Source of the DNA: Elusimicrobiota bacterium
GTDB taxonomy: Bacteria > Elusimicrobiota > JBDRON01
DNA length: 64,000 bases
Direction of reading: 5' to 3'
NCBI GenBank assembly: GCA_043810025.1
Contig: JBDRON010000053.1
Coordinates: forward strand, 462 to 64,461
Shown: positions 28,990-38,926 of the stretch, in pieces
Position numbering within the stretch: position 1 is the stretch's first letter
Layout of the letters: every line of letters starts with the position of its first letter
Notes under the pieces: generated by a model
What the model was told of the DNA's origin: nothing
Databases searched by the model: none
The model's input: the letters and a program-made list of their open reading frames with translations, nothing else
Made by a program: the position numbers and the translations under genes

Positions 28990-30252
28990 ATGGATAAAAT
29001 TTTGGGTTGGAAAAAACCGGTGCGGTTACATTTATGGGTAATGCCCGATGCCGGCTTTGATACTCGTAAAATAATTGAGTCTAAGTTAAAAATCTTCAAA
29101 AAATCCCACCCTGGAGTAGAGATCTCCCTCAGTATTATCCCCTGGTCCCAAGCCTGGGATCGCTTAATGAACCTGGTTAAACGAGAAGAAAAAACGGATT
29201 TGCCCGATGTTATTCAAGTCGGTAATACCTGGACGGCGACCCTGGCTTATTTAGGGGCGATCGCCGAACTTACCGATGAAGTAAGCCAGATTAATAAAAA
29301 AGATTATATCCCGCAGAGTTGGAAGTATTGTTATTTACCCGGTAATGAGCGGATCTTTGCCGTGCCCTGGTTTACTGATTTGCGGGTGCTCTATTACCGC
29401 CGGGATATACTTAAAAAATTTAATTTGGACGAAAAAAATCTGATTGACTGGAAAAGTTTCGAGGAAACCTGCCGGATTGTTAACGGGATAAAACTTAACG
29501 GGCGCAGACATTTTGCCTTAAGTTTATCCGGGCAAAGGGAAGAAATCTGGACGAACGATCTCGCCCCGTGGATTTGGGGCAGCGGAGGAGATTTTTTTTC
29601 CGAGGATTTAAAGAAAGCAATTTTTCAGCAAAAGGGTTTGGAAGGGATTAGTTTCTTTTTTAATTTGATTGTGCAGAGATTTATTCCGTTAATTGGGCGG
29701 GATACGGTTTTCCCGATCGGAAATTTTTTTACGGGCAATTATACTTTCCAGTTTTCCGGGATGTGGCCGATTCACAGTTATTTCAACCCGCATCACTCTG
29801 ATTACTCTCCGGTGGCGGCAAAAAATTATGGGGTAACATCCTTTCCCAGCGGACCGGCCGGCCGTTCGACATTTATTGGGGGAAGCAATCTGGTAATTTC
29901 CCGGTTCACGAAACATTTTGAACAGTCCTGGCAGTTGATCGCATTTTTATCGCGGCCGGAGGTGCAGAGCGATTATGCCCGTAATATCGGTAAACTTCCC
30001 TGCCAGTATGCGGCCTGGGATGAACTTTTTGAGGATCATCAGCAGGTGGGGAATGTTTTTCGTAAATCCCTGCAGTTTGCCTCCGCTCTTCCCGTGATTA
30101 GCACCTTTGGGACGATAGAAAAAATTATTAGCGATACCTGCAGAAAAATTTTGGATGTGATCCGTTTCCATGAATACAGCAACGAAATTTTAAAAAAAGA
30201 ATTTGGGATGAGCGCCAAAGATGTAGAGCATATTCTTTCTCTTTATGACTAA
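28990..30252 (+). CDS. solute-binding-protein family 1-like protein without a signal peptide (possible cytoplasmic ligand sensor)
   Basis: SBP_bac_1-like sequence (PWFTDLRVLYYRRDILKKFN) but no N-terminal hydrophobic segment. Overlaps the downstream GGDEF gene by 8 nt. Confidence 0.55.
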   Translation: MDKILGWKKPVRLHLWVMPDAGFDTRKIIESKLKIFKKSHPGVEISLSIIPWSQAWDRLMNLVKREEKTDLPDVIQVGNTWTATLAYLGAIAELTDEVSQINKKDYIPQSWKYCYLPGNERIFAVPWFTDLRVLYYRRDILKKFNLDEKNLIDWKSFEETCRIVNGIKLNGRRHFALSLSGQREEIWTNDLAPWIWGSGGDFFSEDLKKAIFQQKGLEGISFFFNLIVQRFIPLIGRDTVFPIGNFFTGNYTFQFSGMWPIHSYFNPHHSDYSPVAAKNYGVTSFPSGPAGRSTFIGGSNLVISRFTKHFEQSWQLIAFLSRPEVQSDYARNIGKLPCQYAAWDELFEDHQQVGNVFRKSLQFASALPVISTFGTIEKIISDTCRKILDVIRFHEYSNEILKKEFGMSAKDVEHILSLYD

Positions 30253-31732
30253 AAAAACGGCAAGAATCTCCAGTCACTTCAAATTATTGCGGCGTCACAT
30301 CAGCGTTCTTCGGGAGACAAAGGAGAACCTGCAAAGCAGCAGCATGTCTTTGGAGGAGGCTTTAGAGCGCAGTCTCTGGCAGTTATTTTACGATCTTGGT
30401 TACGATCGGGCGATGATTTTTTTTTATGATCAGGAAAAATTGGTTCTGCAAACCAAACAGATGATGCATCTGGGCGAGGTTTTGGCGGGGGAAGAAGAAA
30501 TAGTTTTGCCGCCGGACAACCCCTTGTACGAGCTAATCGTCGATAGAGAAAGAGATTACTGGTATGAGAAGCAGGAGTATGCCTTGTATCTTCCTTTGTT
30601 GAATGCCGGCCGCACTTTAGGGATGCTGAGGGTGGATAACGGGATCAAGAAAAAAAATATTCCTCCCGCCGATTATATTTTGTTAGCTGATTTCGCTAAC
30701 GAATTAGCCGCCGGACTGGAAAAGATTAGTTTATTGGAAGAAAACCATCAGCAGGTTAAACGATTGTTGACTTTTTCGGAAATCAGCACGGCGATTATCA
30801 GTTCACTGCGGATGCCGGAGGTTTTAAGGTTGATGGCCTTAAGCCTGATTAAAAATTTATATTTTGACCGGGTAAAATTGTATTTGGTGGACAAAAAAGA
30901 AGGCCTGTTAAGAGGGGAAGTTTCGGCCGGTTTGATCGGTAAAATCAGCCGGATTAATACTGAGGTTTATCCTCTGCATTCCGGGATTAATACGATGGTC
31001 GATATTGTTTTGGAAAAAAAACTTGACCCGATGTATCATAAATTTAAACAAAACATTGTTTATGTGCCGTTGAAGGTGAGAAGAGAGATTATCGGGATTT
31101 TGGAAGTGGATAATATTCTTAGTCAGCGGAAGATTTCCTGGGATGATGTGGAGCTGTTGAATTCGTTTGCCGGGCAGGTAGGTTTGGCCATTGAAAACGC
31201 CCGGTTGTTCGAGGAGGTAGACCGGCTTTCGACGACCGACGGGTTAACGAGGTTGTATGTGTTTCGTTATTTTAAACAGCGGTTTAATGAAGAGTTGGCG
31301 CGTTCGGAACGGTTTACTCAGAAGCTGTCCTTGATTATGTTTGACATCGATCACTTCAAAGAATTTAACGATAGTCATGGGCATTTAATTGGCGATATGA
31401 TTTTAGTGGAAGTGGGAAAAAAAGTTTTGCAATGTATTCGAAAAATTGATTTTGCCGCCCGCTACGGAGGGGATGAATTTATTATTTTTTTACCGCGGGC
31501 CAGCGAGGAAGAGGCTAAAATTATCGCCAGCCGTATTTTTCATTCGATTAGGGATAATGAAATAAAAGCATCACCGGACTACTCTTTAAAACTGACGGTG
31601 AGTCTGGGGATCGATACTTTTCCCGATCATGGCAAATCGGGCGAAGAACTTTTAAAACGAGTTGACGAAGCTCTTTACTGGGCAAAAACCCACGGACGCG
31701 ACCAAATGTGCAGTTATTCGGAAATAAAATAG
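30245..31732 (+). CDS. GAF domain-containing diguanylate cyclase (GGDEF)
   Basis: C-terminal GGDEF domain with RYGGDEF. GAF-like regions upstream. Confidence 0.85.
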   Translation: MTKKTARISSHFKLLRRHISVLRETKENLQSSSMSLEEALERSLWQLFYDLGYDRAMIFFYDQEKLVLQTKQMMHLGEVLAGEEEIVLPPDNPLYELIVDRERDYWYEKQEYALYLPLLNAGRTLGMLRVDNGIKKKNIPPADYILLADFANELAAGLEKISLLEENHQQVKRLLTFSEISTAIISSLRMPEVLRLMALSLIKNLYFDRVKLYLVDKKEGLLRGEVSAGLIGKISRINTEVYPLHSGINTMVDIVLEKKLDPMYHKFKQNIVYVPLKVRREIIGILEVDNILSQRKISWDDVELLNSFAGQVGLAIENARLFEEVDRLSTTDGLTRLYVFRYFKQRFNEELARSERFTQKLSLIMFDIDHFKEFNDSHGHLIGDMILVEVGKKVLQCIRKIDFAARYGGDEFIIFLPRASEEEAKIIASRIFHSIRDNEIKASPDYSLKLTVSLGIDTFPDHGKSGEELLKRVDEALYWAKTHGRDQMCSYSEIK

Positions 31733-31761
31733 GGTGTCAATAATTTATAAGCCTGATCTGT

Positions 31762-31915
31762 GGAAATTTCAGTGTTGTTGAAGTTTTCCCCCTTTTAGAA
31801 AGGGGGACTGAGGGGGATTTAGAAAATATTGTCAAAATCTCCCCTACCCCTCTTTATAAAAGAGGGAAAAAAAGTCGCCGCAAATATGTAAAGTTTCGAG
31901 CGAAATTAAGACTAG
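31762..31915 (+). repeat. mosaic multi-hairpin element, copy 3
   Basis: Head GGAAATTTCAGTGTTGTTGAAG plus the four-hairpin body. Confidence 0.7.
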
Positions 31916-32003
31916 CCGAAATTTTTTTCCTTTCCTTGACAGCATGTGGAAATTATTGTAAAGTTAGAAGGTGTTTATTTGAAAAGGAGTTTTAGGGTAA
32001 ATC

Positions 32004-32378
32004 ATGAGTAAGATTTTAATTGTTGATGATGAAGAAGAAATAGTGGAAATGGTCAGGTTTAGTCTGGTCCGCCATGGACATCAGGTTTTGTCGGCCAATG
32101 ACGGGAATACGGCCATTGAAATCCTTAAAAAGGAAAAACCGGACTTGATTATTCTGGATGTAATGTTACCCGGGATAGATGGCTACACTTTACAGTTGCA
32201 CATCTCCCAGGATCTGGAATTGCAGAATATACCGGTGATCATTTTGACGGCTTATCATTCAGTGGAAGGGCTTTTTGATAAATTTTTGCAGGTAAAAAGT
32301 TTTATCGCCAAGCCGTTTGACCCTGAATTTCTGTCGCATAAAGTTAAAGAGATGCTGGAGAAGGGCAAAGATGAGTAG
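32004..32378 (+). CDS. single-domain response regulator (receiver)
   Basis: ILIVDDEEE...DLIILDVMLPGIDG...KPF. Confidence 0.8.
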   Translation: MSKILIVDDEEEIVEMVRFSLVRHGHQVLSANDGNTAIEILKKEKPDLIILDVMLPGIDGYTLQLHISQDLELQNIPVIILTAYHSVEGLFDKFLQVKSFIAKPFDPEFLSHKVKEMLEKGKDE

Positions 32379-33678
32379 CGCTGAAAAATTTGATTGCGTT
32401 GTTGTGGGGGCCGGGCCGGCGGGGATCGCCTGCGGTTATATGCTGGCTAAAGCCGGCTTGTCTACGGTGATTTTTGAACGGGGAGATTATCCTGGTTCAA
32501 AAAATGTCATGGGAGGTGTGCTCTACCGTCAGATGACGGAGGAAATTATTCCCCGTTTCTGGGAAAAAGCGCCTCTGGAAAGACCGATTGTGGAACAGCA
32601 GTTATGGGTTTTGTCGGAAAAATCCGGGATGAAGATGGGATATTCCAATCAAGATTTTGCCCAGGAACCTTATAACAATTTCACTGTTTTAAGAGCAAAG
32701 TTTGATCGCTGGTTTGCCGGGCAGGCGGAAGAGGCCGGAGCCTTAATCATCAATAAAACTGTTGTTGAGGATTTCATTATTGAGAATGGAAAAATAGTTG
32801 GTGTCAAAACCGATCGGGCGGATGGAGATTTGTTTTGCGATGTGGTGGTGTTGGCGGAAGGGGTAAATTCTTTGCTTTCCAAAAAGATCGGGCTGCATGC
32901 TTACAAAGAAATCCCGCCGAAGAATGTGGCTTTATCGGTGAAAGAAGTAATTGCTTTGCCTAAAGAAATTATCGATGGCCGCTTTGGACTAAAAAATGGA
33001 CAGGGTGTGACGATTGAGCTGGTCGGTGAAATAACCAAAGGGATGATGGGGTTGGGGTTTCTCTACACGAATAACGATTCATTGTCGTTGGGGGTGGGCG
33101 TAGTGCTGGCGGATTTGCGGAAGAATTCTTATAAACCTTATGATTTATTGGAAGGGATGAAGGAGCATCCGCTGATCGGTCCTTTGTTGGAGGGCGGTAA
33201 ACCAATCGAATATTTGGGGCACTTGATTCCTGAGGGGGGATATAAGGCCGTCCCTAAACTTTATAGTGACGGGGTGCTGGTGGTTGGTGATGCGGCGATG
33301 CTGGTGAATAGTCTGCATCGGGAGGGGTCAAATTTGGCTTTGACTTCCGGCAGGTTGGCCGCAGAAACAGTAATTAAAGCTAAAGAAAAAAATGATTTTT
33401 CCGCGCAATCGCTTTCTTTTTATCAAAAACTGTTGGAAGACAGTTTTGTGATGAAAGATTTAAAAAAATATAAAAATGCTCCTGGTTTTTTTGATTCTCA
33501 TCCCTATCTTTTCAGCCTTTATCCGGAAATTGCCGACTTTGCCCTTAAGGAAATGGTGACCGTGGATGGTGTGTCTAAAAAAGAAAAGCAAAAGAAAATA
33601 TGGAAAAAGGTGAGGAAAAAAAGAGGCATTTTTCAGATCATCCAGGATCTTTTTCAGATTTGGCGGGTGTTGAAATAG
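32371..33678 (+). CDS. FAD-dependent oxidoreductase, FixC / ETF-quinone oxidoreductase / geranylgeranyl-reductase-like
   Basis: DCVVVGAGPAGIACG dinucleotide-binding motif. The ATG at 32371 overlaps the response-regulator stop. The listed ORF starts upstream at 32317. Confidence 0.7.
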   Translation: MSSAEKFDCVVVGAGPAGIACGYMLAKAGLSTVIFERGDYPGSKNVMGGVLYRQMTEEIIPRFWEKAPLERPIVEQQLWVLSEKSGMKMGYSNQDFAQEPYNNFTVLRAKFDRWFAGQAEEAGALIINKTVVEDFIIENGKIVGVKTDRADGDLFCDVVVLAEGVNSLLSKKIGLHAYKEIPPKNVALSVKEVIALPKEIIDGRFGLKNGQGVTIELVGEITKGMMGLGFLYTNNDSLSLGVGVVLADLRKNSYKPYDLLEGMKEHPLIGPLLEGGKPIEYLGHLIPEGGYKAVPKLYSDGVLVVGDAAMLVNSLHREGSNLALTSGRLAAETVIKAKEKNDFSAQSLSFYQKLLEDSFVMKDLKKYKNAPGFFDSHPYLFSLYPEIADFALKEMVTVDGVSKKEKQKKIWKKVRKKRGIFQIIQDLFQIWRVLK

Positions 33679-33684
33679 GGGGGG

Positions 33685-34227
33685 ATGGTGGAGGTAAGAC
33701 TAAAAAATACTAAAATCGAGTTGCTGCAGGGGGACATCACCGCCTTGGATGTGGAGGTAATTCTTAGCCCGGTGGATAAAAATTTGAGTATGGATCGAGG
33801 GCTGGCTTCGGTGATTAAGAAAATTGGCGGGGCGGAAATAGAGAAAGAAGCCGTTCTTAAAGCTCCGGCGGAGATGGGCGGCGTTTTGGTGACTAGCGCG
33901 GGCAGTTTGTTGGCAAAATATGTGTTTCATTTAGTGATTATTGAAAAAAAATATATCGAACGGGAAGTATTACGCAAGGCGCTGCAGGGCGCATTTCAAT
34001 TAGCCGATGCTTATCAATTAAAATTGATGGCTGTGCCGTTTTTGGGATCGCCGGTCGCGAAGAGTCCGGCTGACGCTTTTGCCCGCTTAATGTTGGAAGA
34101 AACCGTCCTTTTTATCCAGCAGCATGAAACAGGCCTGGAAAAGATAATTTTTTGCCTCTACAATAAGGAGTTCTACAAATATTTTGAAGATCAATTAAAC
34201 TTCCTGCGGCAGACATATTTCTTTTGA
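33685..34227 (+). CDS. Macro-domain protein (ADP-ribose binding/processing)
   Basis: LLQGDITALDVEVIL...GGV pattern resembling the Macro fold. Moderate similarity. Confidence 0.5.
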   Translation: MVEVRLKNTKIELLQGDITALDVEVILSPVDKNLSMDRGLASVIKKIGGAEIEKEAVLKAPAEMGGVLVTSAGSLLAKYVFHLVIIEKKYIEREVLRKALQGAFQLADAYQLKLMAVPFLGSPVAKSPADAFARLMLEETVLFIQQHETGLEKIIFCLYNKEFYKYFEDQLNFLRQTYFF

Positions 34228-34287
34228 CAATCAATAGTATTTTTAGTATAATAACCTCTCGTTTAAATATTTAAAATTTAAAGTGTA

Positions 34288-34453
34288 GAAAATTCAATGT
34301 TTGTTTTGTTTGTGTTCCCCCTTTAAAAAGGGGGATTAAGGGGGATTTTGAAAATAAGAAATATTGTCTAAATCTTCCCTACCCCTCTTTTTAAAAGAGG
34401 GAAAAAAATGTCACAGATATATAAAGTTCCGAGCGAAGCTTGAACTAGCTTGG
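34288..34453 (+). repeat. mosaic multi-hairpin element, copy 4
   Basis: Head AAATTCAATGTTTGTTTTG plus the four-hairpin body. Confidence 0.7.
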
Positions 34454-34481
34454 AATTTTGATTTTATTTTTGGAGGCTTTT

Positions 34482-34793
34482 ATGTTTGCGGTCATTGCGC
34501 AAGGGAAAAAACAATATAAGATTGTACCGGGTGAAGTAGTAAACCTGGAGAAGATTCCTGGTAATGTCGGGGATAAGGTTGAGTTCGATCAGGTGATTTT
34601 ATTCAGCGATCAGGATAAGGTTCTGGTTGGCAAACCGAAGTTGGCCGGGGCGAAAGCTTTTGGCGAGATTCTCTTGCAGGACCGGGCAAAAAAGGTGGTT
34701 GTCTTTAAGAAAAAACGAAAAAAAGGCTATCGCCGGACAATCGGTCACCGGCAGAGTTTTACCCAAGTGAAATTTGAAAAAATAGAAGCGTAA
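34482..34793 (+). CDS. rplU: 50S ribosomal protein L21
   Basis: MFAVIAQGKKQYKI... GGAGG RBS at 34472. The listed ORF includes an upstream in-frame extension. Confidence 0.93.
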   Translation: MFAVIAQGKKQYKIVPGEVVNLEKIPGNVGDKVEFDQVILFSDQDKVLVGKPKLAGAKAFGEILLQDRAKKVVVFKKKRKKGYRRTIGHRQSFTQVKFEKIEA

Positions 34794-34925
34794 GAAGAGC
34801 GTAAAACGCAAAGCGTAAAACGCAAAACGAAAGTCAAAAGCTAAAAGTTTCGAGTCTTTAAAGGTTTTTAAACTTTGAGTTTTGCGCTTTGCACTTTGCG
34901 TTATTAGATTTTGGAGGAAGGATAT

Positions 34926-35198
34926 ATGGCACATACAAAAGCCCAGGGTAGTTCCGGAAACGGCAGAGACAGTTGTGGTAAACGTTTAGGTGTGAAGCGG
35001 TTTGCGGGGGAAGTGGTGAAGGCTGGCGCAGTGCTTGTCCGTCAGCGCGGAACAAAATTTCATCCCGGAAACAATGTCGGCCGTGGTTCGGATGACACCT
35101 TGTTTGCTAAAATAACCGGCGTAGTTCATTTCAGTTGGAAAACCAAATATTGCCGTCAAATCAGCATCTACCCAAAATCCGCAGCAGTAGTTGGTTAA
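34926..35198 (+). CDS. rpmA: 50S ribosomal protein L27
   Basis: [24 protein letters not shown]...[25 protein letters not shown]. Confidence 0.93.
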   Translation: MAHTKAQGSSGNGRDSCGKRLGVKRFAGEVVKAGAVLVRQRGTKFHPGNNVGRGSDDTLFAKITGVVHFSWKTKYCRQISIYPKSAAVVG

Positions 35199-35230
35199 GA
35201 CAAATAAGGCTCTTGTAATTTTAAAGCATA

Positions 35231-35392
35231 GGAAATTCAATGTCTTTTTTTGTGTTCCCCCTTCAAAAAGGGGGATTTTGAAAATTAGAAATATTGTCCA
35301 AATCTTCCCTACCCCTCTTTTTAAAGAGGGAAAAAAATTCCCAAGCAGATATGTAAAGTTTCGAGTGCAACTCGGACTAGCTTGAAAAGTAT
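35231..35392 (+). repeat. mosaic multi-hairpin element, copy 5 (second hairpin partly deleted)
   Basis: Head GAAATTCAATGTC plus the hairpin body. Confidence 0.65.
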
Positions 35393-35399
35393 TTGTGGC

Positions 35400-35771
35400 T
35401 CAATAATCTGGAACAAACAATTTTATTCTTTTATCCGGATAATGTTTGACATTGCGTGTTACCAAAACTTGATTAGTTTTTAACGCCGAGGCACAAACCA
35501 GACAATCATAGAGTTGCAATTGATGGCCTTTAGCCAAATTTTTTATTTCATATGATAATCTGACAATCGTTTTATCGACGGGAATTTCTTCTAAACTATT
35601 TAACAAAGTCAAGGTTTTTTCTTTTTCTTCCAATTTCATCCCGAACAATATTTCTCCGGAAGTTATTACACTGCAATAATTTTTTTCATTTTTAAATTTT
35701 AACAGAATATCTTTTGCTTCCCGCCTTCCTCGTAAATGGTCAATTAGTATATCGGTATCAAACAAAGCCAT
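35400..35771 (-). CDS. vapC: PIN-domain toxin VapC
   Basis: MALFDTDILIDHL... acidic PIN residues. Overlaps the upstream antitoxin gene. Confidence 0.8.
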   Translation of the reverse strand: MALFDTDILIDHLRGRREAKDILLKFKNEKNYCSVITSGEILFGMKLEEKEKTLTLLNSLEEIPVDKTIVRLSYEIKNLAKGHQLQLYDCLVCASALKTNQVLVTRNVKHYPDKRIKLFVPDY

Positions 35772-36019
35772 CAAAAGGCTCTCCCTTTACGCATTTTCCT
35801 TACATACCGATCCACACCTTCCTTTAATTCCGGATGTCCGTCACCTTTCCAACCGGCAAAACTAGTATTTATTCCTTCAACATAACTTAATCCTCGCAAA
35901 TAGTTTTTGATTGCTGCAACGATGAAATCAGTAAAATTTATCTTATTCTTATCCATCACCGGCCGAATCTCCGCCAAAATTTCGACAGGAAATCTGATCG
36001 TTTTTACCACGCTTTTCAT
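35771..36019 (-). CDS. VapB-type antitoxin (small DNA-binding protein)
   Basis: 82 aa, immediately upstream of vapC with a 1-nt overlap. Confidence 0.5.
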   Translation of the reverse strand: MKSVVKTIRFPVEILAEIRPVMDKNKINFTDFIVAAIKNYLRGLSYVEGINTSFAGWKGDGHPELKEGVDRYVRKMRKGRAF

Positions 36020-36168
36020 TTAAGGACACCCCTGATTATGGTTTATTTTCTATCCTTGCATAGTGTAATACATTTTATAAAATTTGTCAATACATTTATA
36101 TTTGTTCTGTATTACACAAAAACATTTAAGGATTGGATGTCTGTGCATGTCTCGAGGCAAATAACAAT

Positions 36169-37806
36169 TTATAACGAATGGCTTGCTTTTTCTTCTTGTA
36201 AAATTTTATGGTATCGTTTTGGATATTTTAATTCTTTTTCATATTGTTTATTATGATCTTCATGCCATTCCACTGCTGCATAATGTGCAACTATTAAACC
36301 GATCATTCCTAAGCCCATAAACACAATAGTGAGGTTGGGCAGCAGAAGAGATAAAAATATCTGAGCCGAGATTACCGAAACGAAAGGAACGGAATAAGAT
36401 ACTCCATCCCAAAAGATCACTAATCTCTCCTCTGCTGTGGATTCTTTAGTCTCAAATCGTGTGCCGCCAAATAATTTTTCCGTAGTAATAATCTTTTTAT
36501 GCGCTTCAGCAAACCACCAGCTGGATAACACTGTTGTAGCTGCCACAGTGAGCAGGCTTACTGCTGTGATTAGTAAATTGCTTTCTGGATAATTAAAAAA
36601 AAGAAAATCTGAGATAAGATAGGCAATGACGAATGGGATTGACCGATATTTCCGCTCTTCTTGTTCTTCGGTCATAGTTTCATCATCATCGATAATTGAC
36701 AATAAAAAGCCTCTGTTTTTTTCCAAATCGTTACTTGTTTCATTTGTTAATTCCGATATTAGTTTTTCTATATCATCTTTTTGAATATGTTCACAACATT
36801 TCAATGCTTTATTTAAAACATCAATCGCCTTTTTATAGAAATATTTTCCTCTAATTTTGTCCGATATTTTCCAATGGTTACCTCGACAGATATAGATGTT
36901 CGCTAACGCTTTCCAATAAAGAGCGGGCAATGAATTCTGGTTATAGATAATTATTCTGCTGTTAAGGTCAAAAATACGAGGGAGTTCATCCTCAGCATCA
37001 GCCGGAGAACGGCGTTTGTATTCTTCAAGGTTAAATGTTATTATTTGCCGTGAATAATAATCTAAGATTAGTATGTAATTTTTTATTTTTACCCCCGCTG
37101 AAACATATCCATTTGAATCCAGAGCTGCTATTCCGGCATCTGGCGGTAAAGTCATTGTTCCCAATAGTTTTGTTAGCGCATAACTGCTTAATTGGCTGCT
37201 GATAAGCTTTAAGTCGTTGGGAGAAACTTCATCCGTTCCTATCAAGTCGGCCATAAGACTTTGTACATGTAAATCAATCGAATTTAGATGTTTCTCCTCA
37301 TCAAAAACTTGTTTGAGCATTTTATTAAGAGAAAATACATATTGAATAAAATCATCTGCATTTGCCAGTTCATATTTAAATAAATGCTCCAAATAATTGA
37401 GAAAATTTTCACTTCCAGACAGACTTTCCCCCGCCAAATACCTAGTTTTCTCTTTAGATGTTAAATACAAATTGAGAAGAGCGCTAGACGATTCTGTCCT
37501 AATATTGTTTTTTTCATGCTGTCTACTTTTTACTTTTTCAACAAACCTGCTGAAATTGCTAATTAAAGGTAGTAGAAATTTTTCACCTTCTTCTCCGATT
37601 ATTAATCTTGCCAGTTCATCCATTTGAGTCTGATGTTTTGTTGCATCTTTTTTCCCCTCGGTACTAAATTCCACAATTTTCATTTTTGTGCTGGGAACTC
37701 GCAAATGGTTTCTTTCCAATAGTTCTCCCCAACAAGCGCTAGAAAAAAACATCTCGGCCGTCAAAATGCAGCTGACCAATTTAAACAAAATATTTTTTAG
37801 AGTCAT
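36169..37806 (-). CDS. hypothetical membrane protein (N-terminal signal/lipobox-like, large soluble domain, four C-terminal TM helices); AT-rich
   Basis: 545-aa ORF in a low-GC segment. No recognisable family. Confidence 0.4.
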   Translation of the reverse strand: MTLKNILFKLVSCILTAEMFFSSACWGELLERNHLRVPSTKMKIVEFSTEGKKDATKHQTQMDELARLIIGEEGEKFLLPLISNFSRFVEKVKSRQHEKNNIRTESSSALLNLYLTSKEKTRYLAGESLSGSENFLNYLEHLFKYELANADDFIQYVFSLNKMLKQVFDEEKHLNSIDLHVQSLMADLIGTDEVSPNDLKLISSQLSSYALTKLLGTMTLPPDAGIAALDSNGYVSAGVKIKNYILILDYYSRQIITFNLEEYKRRSPADAEDELPRIFDLNSRIIIYNQNSLPALYWKALANIYICRGNHWKISDKIRGKYFYKKAIDVLNKALKCCEHIQKDDIEKLISELTNETSNDLEKNRGFLLSIIDDDETMTEEQEERKYRSIPFVIAYLISDFLFFNYPESNLLITAVSLLTVAATTVLSSWWFAEAHKKIITTEKLFGGTRFETKESTAEERLVIFWDGVSYSVPFVSVISAQIFLSLLLPNLTIVFMGLGMIGLIVAHYAAVEWHEDHNKQYEKELKYPKRYHKILQEEKASHSL

Positions 37807-38012
37807 TTTAGCCTCATTAATCGTTACCTATTTTTATCCTCGTTAATAATAGTATAGAAAATCCATGTTAAGTTTATGTTAAGATTATGTTAATTTTTTG
37901 TAAATTTTTTCCTATCCGGGAACTGATTGACAGCGGTTTTTTTTTCTGGTAAGATTAGTTAATGTAAGAGTGGCAATCATTTCTATAACTGTAATTGATT
38001 GTCTGAGTGGTA

Positions 38013-38042
38013 GCGTAGGGAACGGTCGCGACCGTTCCCTGC
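38013..38042. repeat. REP-like palindrome CGTAGGGAACGGTCGCGACCGTTCCCTGCA
   Basis: Perfect palindrome 125 bp upstream of yebC. Confidence 0.7.
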
Positions 38043-38167
38043 AAATAAGGGAATATAAAGTTTTTTTTTGATATTATCCAAGTAATCGCGGTTCCGGTAT
38101 AATGGTGTTCGGTGCTTGCTAACCTCAAGCCTCGAGACCCGGGCCCCGAATAACAGGGAGGTTTTCC

Positions 38168-38926
38168 ATGTCGGGACATTCGCGTTGGGCGGGGATTAAA
38201 CATAAAAAGGCGGCGATTGATTCACAGCGGGGAAAAGTATTTACCAGAATAATTCGAGAAATTGCTGTGGCCGCCCGTCAAGGGGGAGGCAACCCGGAGA
38301 ACAACGCCCGGTTACGCAAAGTGATGGAAATGGCCCGGGAATCGAATATGCCCCAGGAGAATATAAAGAAGGCCTTGCAGCGCGGTATGGGGGAGTTGCC
38401 CGGCATGACTTATGAAGAGTTGGTCTACGAAGGTTACGGTCCGGGGGGTGCAGCGATTATCTGTGAGGCGACTACTGATAATAAAAACCGCTCGGCTTCG
38501 GAGATCCGGAAAATTTTTTCTTCCCATGGAGGAAATATGGGTGAAGGCGGCTGCGTTTCCTGGATGTTTGCCAAGCGCGGTTATTTTACCGTTAATAAAA
38601 AAAATGCGAAGGAAGATGATTTGCTGTCTTTGGTCTTAGAATCCGGCGCCGAGGATATGAAAACAGAAGATGCAGACATCTTTGAAATTATCACTGACCC
38701 GGCGGATTTCGAAAAAGTAAAAACTGCTTTGGAATCTAAAAATATTCTTTTGGAAAGCGCCGAAATTACCCTGGTTGCCAATACCTATATTCCTTTGGAA
38801 GGAAAGGAAGCTGAACAGATGCTGGCCTTAATGGAGGATCTGGAAGGCCACGATGATGTCAGCAATGTCTACGCCAACTTCGATATTTCCGAAGAATTTA
38901 TCGAGAGATATTCAACATCCAAATGA
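38168..38926 (+). CDS. yebC: YebC/PmpR family DNA-binding regulatory protein
   Basis: MSGHSRWAGIKHKKA... Strongly conserved family N-terminus. Confidence 0.92.
   Translation: MSGHSRWAGIKHKKAAIDSQRGKVFTRIIREIAVAARQGGGNPENNARLRKVMEMARESNMPQENIKKALQRGMGELPGMTYEELVYEGYGPGGAAIICEATTDNKNRSASEIRKIFSSHGGNMGEGGCVSWMFAKRGYFTVNKKNAKEDDLLSLVLESGAEDMKTEDADIFEIITDPADFEKVKTALESKNILLESAEITLVANTYIPLEGKEAEQMLALMEDLEGHDDVSNVYANFDISEEFIERYSTSK

Noticed and set aside
38013-38042. REP-like palindrome as the LexA operator (it sits upstream of ruvCAB, cinA and cas3)
   Set aside because: No copy lies upstream of lexA itself or of the dinD genes, and the 20-30 bp perfect palindrome is longer than known LexA boxes. 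More consistent with a REP-type element or another regulator.
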